Origin: a virus
Lineage: Duplodnaviria > Caudoviricetes
Reading direction: 5' to 3' (one strand)
Virus record (IMG/VR): IMGVR_UViG_3300032329_000629
Location: 1-26,747 of that record
Length of the DNA stretch: 26,747 nt
Both the position numbers and the translations under genes were made by a program. Positions 14,501 through 23,404 of this stretch are shown here, in pieces. How positions within the stretch are numbered: the first letter of the stretch is position 1; every line of letters starts with the position of its first letter. The notes beneath the pieces are model-generated. The model searched no databases, was not told the DNA's origin, and worked only from the letters and a program-made list of their open reading frames with translations.

Positions 14501-14504
14501 ATAA

Positions 14505-14774
14505 TTAATTTCCCCGCGTGTAGGCGATGGCTTTGCCAGTGGCCAGTTGAAAGGCGGTGACGGCCGCAAACACGACGAACCCGGCTGGAAAGGTCACGCC
14601 GGTCAGAGCGTCACCCGCAAGGGCGGTCTGACTGACGGACGTGAACTGGCCGTCGGCGATGAATTGAATGGCCTGAAAGTTGCCCGTTACCACGGCCGTC
14701 CCTGTCGATACTTTGCCACCAAATTCACCAACGCTAAGTGACGTGTCCTGATTGATTTGAAAGTCGTAAGCCAT
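14505..14774 (-). CDS. Small beta-rich virion protein
   Basis: 89 aa; VTGNFQAIQFIAD...GVTFPAG...TAFQLATGKAIAY; lies between the fibre and LamG genes. Confidence 0.7.
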   Translation of the reverse strand: MAYDFQINQDTSLSVGEFGGKVSTGTAVVTGNFQAIQFIADGQFTSVSQTALAGDALTGVTFPAGFVVFAAVTAFQLATGKAIAYTRGN

Positions 14775-14789
14775 AACAGATTTAAATAA

Positions 14790-14796
14790 GTGTCAA
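14790..14796 (-). promoter_or_regulatory. TTGACAC motif 15 nt upstream of ATG 14774
   Basis: Exact, fully intergenic copy. Confidence 0.55.
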
Positions 14797-14799
14797 GCG

Positions 14800-16296
14800 C
14801 TAGTACCCAAGAACTGTAATTCTGAAAGTGGCAGCGCTTTGTGTTTTGCTTAAGGTTGTGCCGTTCAGTGCATCAACGTGGATTTGATTGGCAGCTATTA
14901 CGTGACCAGAGAAAATAAGGCCTTCTGTCAATGCTGCCGGCAATCCAAGTAAAACAATATCGTTTGCCGTAACTCCATTGATTGAAACGGTAACTGATGT
15001 CGTCGAATTTGCGTTAATTGTCCCAAAATTAATTGAAGTTGTTACTGTTAGCGTTTCAGTTGATTCTGGAACGATCCCATAGGTCGTGCCCGTGTTTGAT
15101 AGTAATCCCAAATTAGAAAGCGCAGAAACGACATTCCCACTATTTTGCTGTGAAATAGGTGTCGTGCCGTAAAAAGCCACACTTCCAGTTCTTGACGCAA
15201 AAGCAGCGTCGGTTTCTGTTTTTGTATAATAAGAATCTCTTGCCCCTGGAACCGTGCTACCTGCCGCAATCAGATCCTTGCGAATCGTAACCGTTCCCTG
15301 GTAAATGGTTTTAGGCGTTCCCGATTGGGTAAGCTCAATTTCCAGTGTGGGCGTAATCGTGGTCTCTGAAGTGTCTGAAAACGCGCCGTCGACTTCTGCG
15401 GTATTGATTGTGAGCGTCGTTTGACGCATTGGGATGAATTGAATTCCGCTTGCGTCCAGCGAAAGAGCCGTCGTGATATTTGTCAGCGCAAGGCGACCCG
15501 TAAATCCCAAAATATATCCACCCCTGCCGTTTTCCTGCACGCTGATGTTTGAAGTGATTGTGTTAATCCCGGCCGAGATTGCCGCTTGGACAGACACGGC
15601 TGATTGAAACAGCGGGATGGCCGTTGTGGAATTTGACCCCCAAACCAAAGCAAACGACCCCCCGCGCGCCAGCGGCCCCACCGCAAGCTCCCACGTTTCG
15701 TTTTTTGTTGTCGTTCCCGCCTGCAATTTTGTGAGAGTTAGCTCACTGGCTGTTGGCGTGGTTGTAAATGTATCGGCATAAACAATCGGATTCCGAACCA
15801 ATTTTACAACCTGTTGAGCCGACACGTTAGCCGATGGATTGCGAAGGGTGTTGATAATAACAGAGCTTGTGGGAAAAAGCGTGAACGTGTCTGAGCCAAA
15901 CGACATAGCCGTGTTAGGCTGAGTGGCCGTAAGCAAATAGGCGCCATAGGATCCCTGTCCGTACAGCGTTACGGTGGAGACGTTGTTTGAAATTGCATTG
16001 TAGACGGAGATTGCGGTGGAGTTGTAGGCAATAGCCGAGGAAGTCGTGCCATTAATTGCGAGCTTAAATGAGCCGGAAGACGGGGACTGCTCAATACTCC
16101 CGATTCCGACCTTTAGGCTTGAGCTTCCGTAGTCAATATCATCCAAGGATCCGTTGGCCTTTTTTTCGAGCAAACGAAGTCGCAGGGTATAGGCATCGTT
16201 TCTTGTAAGAGTAGGCAGTGAACCTCCGACTACGCTACCACCGTCGACCAACTGGCCGGACGACGTGTCGACATATAGGTCTAGAGTAGAGGCCAT
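14800..16296 (-). CDS. Tail fibre/tail-associated structural protein
   Basis: 498 aa, S/T/G-rich; two internal repeats (SGSFKLAINGTTSSAIAYNSTAISVYNAIS / GGSFALVWGSNSTTAIPLFQSAVSVQAAIS); YYTKTETDA linker typical of fibres. Confidence 0.75.
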   Translation of the reverse strand: MASTLDLYVDTSSGQLVDGGSVVGGSLPTLTRNDAYTLRLRLLEKKANGSLDDIDYGSSSLKVGIGSIEQSPSSGSFKLAINGTTSSAIAYNSTAISVYNAISNNVSTVTLYGQGSYGAYLLTATQPNTAMSFGSDTFTLFPTSSVIINTLRNPSANVSAQQVVKLVRNPIVYADTFTTTPTASELTLTKLQAGTTTKNETWELAVGPLARGGSFALVWGSNSTTAIPLFQSAVSVQAAISAGINTITSNISVQENGRGGYILGFTGRLALTNITTALSLDASGIQFIPMRQTTLTINTAEVDGAFSDTSETTITPTLEIELTQSGTPKTIYQGTVTIRKDLIAAGSTVPGARDSYYTKTETDAAFASRTGSVAFYGTTPISQQNSGNVVSALSNLGLLSNTGTTYGIVPESTETLTVTTSINFGTINANSTTSVTVSINGVTANDIVLLGLPAALTEGLIFSGHVIAANQIHVDALNGTTLSKTQSAATFRITVLGY

Positions 16297-16309
16297 TTAG
16301 GGTAAGTAG

Positions 16310-16316
16310 GTGTCAA
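16310..16316 (-). promoter_or_regulatory. TTGACAC motif 13 nt upstream of ATG 16296
   Basis: Exact, fully intergenic copy. Confidence 0.55.
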
Positions 16317-16321
16317 TTTTG

Positions 16322-16858
16322 TCAGCGAAGTAACAGCGTGATTCCTCCGCCTTGCCAAATATTGGGATCGCCGTTGGGATTCGGGAAACAACCAAAAGAA
16401 ACAACGGATGGATAATTCGGGCCTCCGGTGCCTCCAATGTAAATTGTTGTTCCCGCAAAAGGTGCAAAATAAGAATTGTAAGAACCAGTTGAAGTGTAAA
16501 AAGCCCAGTATCCGCCTGATATAAATATTTTGTATAGCGATCTATTTATATCTGTTGGAATTATCAGTTTATATGTTACCGCTTCACCAGAGGCAAAATA
16601 GTATTGTGTTCCAACAACCATAACACGATCCCCAACAATTCCTGTTGATTGGGTTGGCGTTGCTCCACCGGCCACAGGCTGTAAATAGCTAACCCGCGTC
16701 CCATCATAATGCGGCTCGACGTACATGTCCGTTCCGGCCGTGAGTTTATACTGTCGCAAAAGGTCGGCTGCGTATTCCGTGCGATTGATCATGCCATTCA
16801 CCAGCTCTGTGGTTAGCGTTGCCCCGCTGGCCACTTTGGACAACCGCGGCCTGATCAT
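16322..16858 (-). CDS. Putative tail tip protein
   Basis: 178 aa, coupled within the tail operon; Tyr/Gly-rich, AT-richer C-terminal half. Confidence 0.65.
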   Translation of the reverse strand: MIRPRLSKVASGATLTTELVNGMINRTEYAADLLRQYKLTAGTDMYVEPHYDGTRVSYLQPVAGGATPTQSTGIVGDRVMVVGTQYYFASGEAVTYKLIIPTDINRSLYKIFISGGYWAFYTSTGSYNSYFAPFAGTTIYIGGTGGPNYPSVVSFGCFPNPNGDPNIWQGGGITLLLR

Positions 16859-17082
16859 TGTGTAACGGCGTTTATAACGGCGCCTTGCGGCGTAAAATTA
16901 ATTGTAATGTTATTTCCCGCTACTGGCTTTTGATTTTGTGCGACCAGCACCAGATCCTCAATGCGATCAATAATGCTGTTGATATAATCGGACGATATTC
17001 CAACGCCGTGAGGAGTGGCTCGAATCGTGCGCAAAGGTTGACTTTTGCCCGGCAGTTTTGGCGGTGAAGGATTTTCAGCCAT
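16855..17082 (-). CDS. Small putative tail protein
   Basis: 75 aa; INSIIDRIE...AGNNITINFTPQGAVIN loosely parallels VNGMINRTE...AGTDMYVEPHYDGTRVS of the next gene. Confidence 0.65.
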   Translation of the reverse strand: MAENPSPPKLPGKSQPLRTIRATPHGVGISSDYINSIIDRIEDLVLVAQNQKPVAGNNITINFTPQGAVINAVTQ

Positions 17083-17086
17083 AACC

Positions 17087-17920
17087 TTAGAACGGGTAAT
17101 TTACGTCAGAAAAAGAGTTCACCCTGCCAAAGTTGATTGTGCCGTCTGTTTGATAAAAGATGTCTGTGCCCCTGAAATACTCGGTAAATTGCTCCTCAAT
17201 CTGATTGAATAACCCTCTGCGCTGGAAACTGATGCCAGACTGTACGTATCCGGCGTAAATCCATTCGTTGGCTGGGGAATAATTTATAATAGGAGGACCG
17301 ACAACTCTTGTATTTCCGCCACCGACCGGATTCGCTTTATTATATGCATCAAACGCAGCGACCGCTGCCGTTGTTTGTTCGGAAATGTTTTTTGACCGGC
17401 GATATTCCCTGCCCCTTGGATTGGGCGGCATGGTTGTCCCGTTGATAGAAGTTGGCATAAGCCTTTTTGTTGGAATGGTTAGGCTAGTTCCGCCAAGATT
17501 GAGAGAGATATTCCCTCCCTTGAGCGTATCAAACAGCGAATCTTGCGTGATATATTTCACGACGATTGCGGCGTCGGCTCCATAGACTCCAACGCCCGGC
17601 TGCCCAACTGCTGTAATGTAAGCCTTGGGCAGCCCAGAGGCCGTATCTAAACCAACGTATGTAACGCTAAGATCCGCCAGGTCGCCGTCGACCGGGTTTA
17701 CGGCCGTTGTTTCAACAAGCATCCTTGTGTACGTGGTGGAAGCGGAAGAAAACGAGCTGTGCTTGGTGCCGGCATCCGGCTCAAGGGTGGCTATATCCGC
17801 AAGCCTGATCGTGTAGTTTTCAGTCATCGTCACCAAACCATCGACACTGGTCGACTTGGTTGTCTTGCGGAGAATTTTACCGCCATTATTTAGCGTTGTG
17901 TTTGTGATGACGGCGGCCAT
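17087..17920 (-). CDS. Putative distal tail/hub protein
   Basis: 277 aa directly downstream of the tape measure gene; assigned by position only. Confidence 0.65.
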   Translation of the reverse strand: MAAVITNTTLNNGGKILRKTTKSTSVDGLVTMTENYTIRLADIATLEPDAGTKHSSFSSASTTYTRMLVETTAVNPVDGDLADLSVTYVGLDTASGLPKAYITAVGQPGVGVYGADAAIVVKYITQDSLFDTLKGGNISLNLGGTSLTIPTKRLMPTSINGTTMPPNPRGREYRRSKNISEQTTAAVAAFDAYNKANPVGGGNTRVVGPPIINYSPANEWIYAGYVQSGISFQRRGLFNQIEEQFTEYFRGTDIFYQTDGTINFGRVNSFSDVNYPF

Positions 17921-17921
17921 A

Positions 17922-19265
17922 TCAATATGCAGATTTTAAAATCGGCACTCCTAGTTTGTCGTCGATTTTCGTTAGGATATTAGAAACGATTTTTTGCATT
18001 GTGTTAAAGCTGTTGAGCAAATCAGAGTTTTGTTGTCTTTGCATATTCCCCTCGGTTTGAGTAAGGGCGTTAATCTGCTCGTTATCCCTAAAGCTCCGGC
18101 GTTCACCAGGTCTTGCGCCTATGCTGGAAATTAGCGATACGTCCGTTTGCCTTTGCTGTTGTTGCCTTTGCATGTCGATCTGTCGAACCAATCCGCCCAT
18201 GCCCATGCGCTCGGCAGATGCCCGGACGCGATCCAATATGGTGCCAGACGCCTCCATGCCGCGCAAAATGGCTTCGCGTTGTTTCATGGCAGTTTCCTTT
18301 TCAAGCTCCAAGATTCGATTCTTTTCGTCACGAGCGAATTCCGCATCCCGCATCATTCGATCAAATATGGTTTTTTCCCTGTTTTCTTTTAATCGTGCCT
18401 CTTCTTGCAGCGAGAAAATTTCTTCATCATATAGACTTTTATCTAACTTTTTCTTTTCGTCAGTTGTATCAAGTCCAGAGGTCATTCCTATTTCATTTGT
18501 TCTGGCTTTATTCCCTGTCGTGGTAGACGCCTTTGCCGAGTCAAAGAATTTAATAAGCGGACGAATGGCTGCAAATCTTGCGTACTCTTCCACTGCGTCC
18601 ATGATTGCGGATGCTGTGACGCCAAAGGCGAGAACAGCCATATTTTGAAATGCTTTTAGTGCGTCACTAGCGGCTGAAAGTTGGGCGATTGTTTCATTTG
18701 AAAAAACGCCCATCGATTTGCCGTTTTCCGCAATCACGTCTGGGCCCATGCGCAGGGTTTCCATTAACGAGGCAGCACCCTTCCCGGCTAATTTTGTTGC
18801 CACGGCAAAGTCCTGCATTCCAAGGGATCCGGACGAAACGGCTTTTGATAAGGCCATGAACATATCCTGCGGACTCATGCCCTGAAGATCTGCAACTGTA
18901 AGACCTATTTTCTCAAAAGCCTTTGCAAGTTCATCGTTTCCGCCGATGGCATCCCCTGCGTTTTTGGCCAGTTTGTTCATGGCGCTGGCCACGTCTTCAA
19001 TGCCGGCCCCGCTTAAACTTGCAGCATTCCCAATTTCTTGAATTGAATTCGCCGCAAGGCCAAAACGATTGGCTAAATCTTGAAGTTGATCGCCCTTTTC
19101 AATGGCGGTGGAAAAACCAGAAATCAACTTATCCAGGGCAAAGGCTCCGGCGATTGTTGAGCCGGCAGTTTTTGCGAATTTGGTGAGTGAGGTTTGTGCC
19201 GACACTAGGCCTTGATCAAACCCGGAGGCGTCTAGGGCAAGTTTGGCTGTTGCAACGGCGTCCAT
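17922..19265 (-). CDS. Tail tape measure protein (short, 447 aa)
   Basis: LALDASGFDQGL N-terminus, Ala/Gly-rich helices, AFEKIGLTVADLQGMSPQDMF motif, charged coiled-coil C-terminus. Confidence 0.88.
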   Translation of the reverse strand: MDAVATAKLALDASGFDQGLVSAQTSLTKFAKTAGSTIAGAFALDKLISGFSTAIEKGDQLQDLANRFGLAANSIQEIGNAASLSGAGIEDVASAMNKLAKNAGDAIGGNDELAKAFEKIGLTVADLQGMSPQDMFMALSKAVSSGSLGMQDFAVATKLAGKGAASLMETLRMGPDVIAENGKSMGVFSNETIAQLSAASDALKAFQNMAVLAFGVTASAIMDAVEEYARFAAIRPLIKFFDSAKASTTTGNKARTNEIGMTSGLDTTDEKKKLDKSLYDEEIFSLQEEARLKENREKTIFDRMMRDAEFARDEKNRILELEKETAMKQREAILRGMEASGTILDRVRASAERMGMGGLVRQIDMQRQQQQRQTDVSLISSIGARPGERRSFRDNEQINALTQTEGNMQRQQNSDLLNSFNTMQKIVSNILTKIDDKLGVPILKSAY

Positions 19266-20119
19266 TATAACCCTGCCTTTTTGCGTTCATAATTGGCGAT
19301 GATGGATAGCCGCTTGATCATTTTTACTACTTGTATGTCAATGGACTTCTGCACCGTGGACTTGCTTATGACGGCAGAAATCCAAGGGATCGTGTTGGTC
19401 ATCGATATGTAAGGTTTTGAAAAGGCGCCTATTTTTACTTGCGAGTTATCCACAACCCGGCCGCCCCCGGTGTGTCGATATACCCATTTTGGGATACCTT
19501 TGAATCCTCCAAGAATCCCAGCACAGACGGCCCAGCCGGATTTTGCGATACCTACATTTCCACGTTTTTGTTTAAAGTATTTTGCAAGTTCGGTTTCCTT
19601 CGTAACAATTTGCCGAACAAATTGATTTTTAGGGACTCGCCTACGTGGGCCAAATCGTGCGTTATCATGTGCGCTACCGCGATCAAACCCTCCGATTTGA
19701 GTGTAAATATAAGGCTTATAGTTCAGCCGATTGATCAAGCTCTGTGCGTTACTTTGTGCCCTAACACCTTTTTTCCCCTTTCCAAACGATTTGCCCAAGA
19801 CAATCGCAGCCAACGCAGCGGCGGCCTGCTTGGCATTCTGTGTTTTTGTCTTCCCAACCGGAAGCGGTAACGAGGCAATTTCACGAACGGCCGTGGGCCC
19901 GGATTTGTAAACGCGATCTATATCGCCTGTTACAGCTTTTTCTCCGAGAGATTTTGACTTTGCATCTAAGCCGAAAGGTTGTGTGGCGTTTGCAAGGCTG
20001 ACGCAAAGTGAGCGAGCCTGTATCCTCATTTCCTTTGCGGCCTCAAGTTTTGTTTTCCCAACAAAAGCCTTTAATGCGTTTTGAAGTTTAGTCGGATTAA
20101 CGGTCAGACTTGCGCTCAT
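19265..20119 (-). CDS. Basic morphogenesis protein (HK97 gp10/neck-like)
   Basis: 284 aa, K/R-rich; VGIAKSGW and ISMTNTIPW resemble neck/tail-completion proteins. Confidence 0.55.
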   Translation of the reverse strand: MSASLTVNPTKLQNALKAFVGKTKLEAAKEMRIQARSLCVSLANATQPFGLDAKSKSLGEKAVTGDIDRVYKSGPTAVREIASLPLPVGKTKTQNAKQAAAALAAIVLGKSFGKGKKGVRAQSNAQSLINRLNYKPYIYTQIGGFDRGSAHDNARFGPRRRVPKNQFVRQIVTKETELAKYFKQKRGNVGIAKSGWAVCAGILGGFKGIPKWVYRHTGGGRVVDNSQVKIGAFSKPYISMTNTIPWISAVISKSTVQKSIDIQVVKMIKRLSIIANYERKKAGL

Positions 20120-20325
20120 AGTCCTAACGCTTTCTCCATGTCACGAAGATCGGATGGAATGACGGAACAGGGGCGACGCAGTTTGGCCCCATTCATGTAC
20201 ATAAAGACGTGCTCGGCCTGATGAACAATTTGCAGCGGTATTTCCCAAAGTATATGCGTCAAAGACCATCCGGTCTCTTTTGCCAGGACGAACACGCTGG
20301 ATGCGGTTCCCCCTGGCGTCACCCG
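20116..20325 (-). CDS. Tail assembly chaperone GT extension (-1 frame)
   Basis: Reached by a -1 shift at GGGAAAC; LAKETGWSLTHILWEIPL resembles gpGT-type C-termini. Confidence 0.75.
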   Translation of the reverse strand, partial: RVTPGGTASSVFVLAKETGWSLTHILWEIPLQIVHQAEHVFMYMNGAKLRRPCSVIPSDLRDMEKALGL

Positions 20326-20331
20326 TTTCCC
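20282..20331 (-). other. Programmed -1 ribosomal frameshift signal
   Basis: In-frame G GGA AAC (20331-20325), 7-nt spacer, then stem GCCAGG...GAAC-CGC-loop-GCG-GTTC...CCTGGC. Confidence 0.8.
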
Positions 20332-20702
20332 GGCGGTTGGGGCGTACCAGACGGGACAACATTTACTTTTGACTTATTTGATTCGTTTAAAATGTTTGCC
20401 ACAAGAATGCTGGCCACCTCTCGATCTTCTTCGGACATTTCATCCGACCAATCCATGACACGTTCCCTGAAAAGATCCCGATCCCATGCCAATTTGATCG
20501 CTTCTTTGCGATTTTTCGCCAGTAGGATGTGAAGGTAAACAAATGAATAAACAAAAAAGATGGGACTATCTGCCTCATTCCTTATTTGAATCATTAAAAG
20601 CCGGCTTCCTTCTGTATAGGGCGCTAGGCGTTGATCCTTAAAAAAACGATCCGGGCTTACAAAAGAAGAGTTTAATTCCGCCTCTAGATCTGTGTCGCTC
20701 AT
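20319..20702 (-). CDS. Tail assembly chaperone (gpG-like)
   Basis: 127 aa ending PPGNG*, with the slippery heptamer immediately before the last codon; lies between tail tube and tape measure genes. Confidence 0.78.
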   Translation of the reverse strand: MSDTDLEAELNSSFVSPDRFFKDQRLAPYTEGSRLLMIQIRNEADSPIFFVYSFVYLHILLAKNRKEAIKLAWDRDLFRERVMDWSDEMSEEDREVASILVANILNESNKSKVNVVPSGTPQPPGNG

Positions 20703-21070
20703 AGCTTGTTTAAAATGGCTTTTTTTAGCTCAGGACGGGCCTTCTCTGCGACCAGTAGCGTCTGCCCGCCTCTTTGTATGGATAAAATTCTTTCTGCACG
20801 TTTTACAAGCCCGAGGAGTGTCTCTCTGTTCTGAAGCGCCGCCCTCACGAACCTGATCGACGCATCCTCCGGGCTTTTCATTTCCGCCCAGGTGCGTTCC
20901 ATTTCAGCCCTAGCGTCCTGTCCTTCGCCATCTGTAAACCAAAACGTTACTTGCTCCCGCCCGTCTTTTACGATTCGGGTCACGGGATCCATGGGTCTCA
21001 GCTTTGCGCCATAGGCAGCGGCAGCGGCCGCCACTTTAATGTTTGTTGTACCCCAGAAGCTATCAACCAT
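20699..21070 (-). CDS. Hypothetical protein (possibly DUF5659-like)
   Basis: 123 aa; TTNIKVAAAAAAYG...VTFWF pattern; ATGA-coupled to the chaperone gene. Confidence 0.6.
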   Translation of the reverse strand: MVDSFWGTTNIKVAAAAAAYGAKLRPMDPVTRIVKDGREQVTFWFTDGEGQDARAEMERTWAEMKSPEDASIRFVRAALQNRETLLGLVKRAERILSIQRGGQTLLVAEKARPELKKAILNKL

Positions 21071-21102
21071 TTTAGGATCTCATTTTAGCCGCTTTTGGCG
21101 GG

Positions 21103-21450
21103 TTAGGTCATGTTGGGGAAACGAGTCGCAGAGACATCCACCGTGACAAATCCGTCGGAAGTCTTATTGACTGTCACAGAATCCACAATGATTTTGCCGG
21201 AAGTAGCGGCAGCGTTTGCAAGCGTTGTAAGAACAGCGCCGGCCGTGGTGGAGTAGGTGCCGGTGATGGTGGTGGAAAATGCAAAAGTGTCGGTGGGGTT
21301 GTAGACTGACGCGCCGACAACTTCCCCGCTCGAATTGCGAACTTCTGCACGCTCAGTATTCCGTGTTTCGGTAAAGGACTGAACAAGTCCGCCTGTTTCC
21401 GCTGAAATGCCAAATTGAAGACCAGACGTTCCAATAATTGTGGCTGCCAT
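21103..21450 (-). CDS. Tail tube (major tail) protein
   Basis: 115 aa beta-rich, S/T-rich; VQSFTETRNTERAEVRNSSGE...IVDSVTVNKTSDGFVTVDVSATRF; canonical position after the tail terminator. Confidence 0.75.
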   Translation of the reverse strand: MAATIIGTSGLQFGISAETGGLVQSFTETRNTERAEVRNSSGEVVGASVYNPTDTFAFSTTITGTYSTTAGAVLTTLANAAATSGKIIVDSVTVNKTSDGFVTVDVSATRFPNMT

Positions 21451-21465
21451 ATTGTCCTATTTTTT

Positions 21466-21472
21466 GTGTCAA
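21466..21472 (-). promoter_or_regulatory. TTGACAC motif 15 nt upstream of the tail tube ATG
   Basis: Exact copy overlapping the upstream TGA. Confidence 0.55.
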
Positions 21473-21915
21473 CTTGCGACGCTGTTTGGGTACGCAATTA
21501 CTGCCAGTTTAAAATTGCGCTTCATACTGCGTTCTTCGCTGTCTGCCTCAGCGTCGCTACTTTCCAGCTTTGCGTTGTAACAGCGGGCCGCGCCGATCGC
21601 TGTGGTGGCGTTGAGTCTGGCCGTCAGGCTTGTCGTATCATAAAACGCTTGAAGGATTTTTGAGCATTTTTGCGTGTGTGCCGCCAGCGTCGTGTCGTCA
21701 TAGCGCTGTTCTAGGATGATCTCGACCGGCACGCTGAACACGCCGGATCCCTGCACGGGCTCTTCGGTTCCCATGGTGGCCTTAATGACGATTGAAGGCG
21801 GTTTATTTTCTGTCAGATCGTGCGACAGGTGGTAGTCTTGCCCGGTGACGGTGGTAGAAAGGAGCTCTTGAAAGGCGCCTTCGATTAGGCGATCGAGCAT
21901 GGTGACGGCGGGCAT
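21469..21915 (-). CDS. Tail terminator/completion protein
   Basis: 148 aa; PPSIVI...VEIIL...FKLAVIA alternating beta pattern; directly upstream of the tail tube. A variant motif GTGACAA (21934-21928) lies 12 nt upstream. Confidence 0.7.
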   Translation of the reverse strand: MPAVTMLDRLIEGAFQELLSTTVTGQDYHLSHDLTENKPPSIVIKATMGTEEPVQGSGVFSVPVEIILEQRYDDTTLAAHTQKCSKILQAFYDTTSLTARLNATTAIGAARCYNAKLESSDAEADSEERSMKRNFKLAVIAYPNSVAS

Positions 21916-21942
21916 ATATTCGCCACTTTGTCACCCCTAGAG

Positions 21943-22764
21943 CTACTTAATCTGGTAAGAGTATGCGATATTTCTTATATTTTCACAAATTGATTCAAAA
22001 TTTAAAAGGTTGTCTTGAATTGATTCCGTGTAAGAAAGCATTTCATTTATCCTGTTTTTAGGCATTTCCCTGGCGATTGCATACCCATCTGCTGCGTTAT
22101 TGCAAATAATTGCAACATTCTTCCAATCGACCTTATCCGCAAAAGGCAGAGAATGAACGTCAGACACATAAATGGGTATGCACTTTAGGCGAATCGCCTC
22201 ATAAAGCCTGAAACTTGTCCCGCCATATCCTCTCGGACAAAAAGCAAAAGTAGCTCTCGCCATATCATTAAAGTTTTCTGCTTCATCTTCTTTGCTCACT
22301 ACTGGGTTCCATTGTTTTAGCCTTACAATGACCCCAGGATCTTGTGCAAATTGCAAAATATCCTTACGGCAATCGTGAGTTATTGAGCCACAAAAATGAG
22401 CAAATATATTCTTTTCAGCCGGTAGATATGGGAAATCTCCCGCAATCAGTGGTATTGGTATTGTCCCACCTACTTTACCCCCGGCGGAAAAGTATTTTAC
22501 CCTGTCGCCCCATATCTTGATCGGCGCGTCATCGTGAGTCGCAATACAAAAAGAACCATCGGCCGTCTCCCTGCTGGCAAGCTCCATGCAGCAGTTTAGT
22601 ACAATTTCACGCGAGCAACTGTTGATAATGCGAGTCCAATAAGCAGGGATAAATTTTGGATCATTTAAAAAGTAGTCACAAGCATACTCTTCAAATGTTT
22701 TGTTTATTACGTAAGGTGGATATTTTTGCCCCTCACGAACGTCAGCACCAACTATTTTATACAC
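21943..22764 (-). CDS. Exostosin-family (GT47-like) glycosyltransferase
   Basis: FAHFCGS, ATFAFCPRGYGGTSFRLYEAIRLKCIPIYVSD...LPFADKVDW is the exostosin C-terminal signature. Confidence 0.88.
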   Translation of the reverse strand: MYKIVGADVREGQKYPPYVINKTFEEYACDYFLNDPKFIPAYWTRIINSCSREIVLNCCMELASRETADGSFCIATHDDAPIKIWGDRVKYFSAGGKVGGTIPIPLIAGDFPYLPAEKNIFAHFCGSITHDCRKDILQFAQDPGVIVRLKQWNPVVSKEDEAENFNDMARATFAFCPRGYGGTSFRLYEAIRLKCIPIYVSDVHSLPFADKVDWKNVAIICNNAADGYAIAREMPKNRINEMLSYTESIQDNLLNFESICENIRNIAYSYQIK

Positions 22765-23404
22765 TTGTACCCGCCTCTGCGACCCTTGATCTTACCTTTT
22801 CAAGCAAACGAATTTTCCCATCCACACCCTCTATCCAATTTGCGTGATGTGCTACTATGCCTTTTGGCGGATGCAGCTCCTCCCCGTCCCATACCTTAAA
22901 AGTGCTGGCTCCGTGCGTCCACCAAGTATCAGGCATGTAGCCATATTTTATTCCAGATCGTCCGCTTCTAAGAATTACGTTTAAAGCGTGCTGATCATGC
23001 TGAACGCTTTTATTTTTTACCATATCGGTTGCCAGTTGAAAAAGTCCCGCAATTTTTGGAGATGGATTGGCGCAAAACAACCCCGCGCAAAGATGCCCCT
23101 GCCCGTCGTGTTGAAATGCTATGTCATATTCTTTTAAAGTATTTTCAACATCATTCTGTATTGGCTTAAAGAATTGAACATCACAGTCCGAGTGGACAAA
23201 CACTTCGTTTCCTTCTGAAAGTTTTTGACATAATTCCAGCTTTCTTAGCATAGATGCGTTCCAATTATCTCGCATGTATACCCCCGAACATTCCTGTGGA
23301 ATTTCATCTATAATTAAATTTAGATTTTTATCTTTGATGGAAGGGATGAAATAATTCTCTGCCAGCCTTTTATGGGTATTGCTGTAAAAAGAGTGAAGAA
23401 TCAT
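22757..23404 (-). CDS. Nucleotide-diphospho-sugar transferase (GT77-like)
   Basis: DxD in HSDCDVQFFK, DIAFQHD, LCAGLF, HDQHALN and HHANWIEGVDGK motifs. Confidence 0.85.
   Translation of the reverse strand: MILHSFYSNTHKRLAENYFIPSIKDKNLNLIIDEIPQECSGVYMRDNWNASMLRKLELCQKLSEGNEVFVHSDCDVQFFKPIQNDVENTLKEYDIAFQHDGQGHLCAGLFCANPSPKIAGLFQLATDMVKNKSVQHDQHALNVILRSGRSGIKYGYMPDTWWTHGASTFKVWDGEELHPPKGIVAHHANWIEGVDGKIRLLEKVRSRVAEAGTSV

Noticed and set aside
13682-16858. Diversity-generating retroelement or invertible tail-fibre system
   Set aside because: No reverse transcriptase, invertase, or duplicated template/variable repeat was seen in the window.
21087-21102. Terminator after the tail tube gene (CCGC-CAAAA-GCGG)
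   Set aside because: The core stem is only 4 bp and no U-tract follows.
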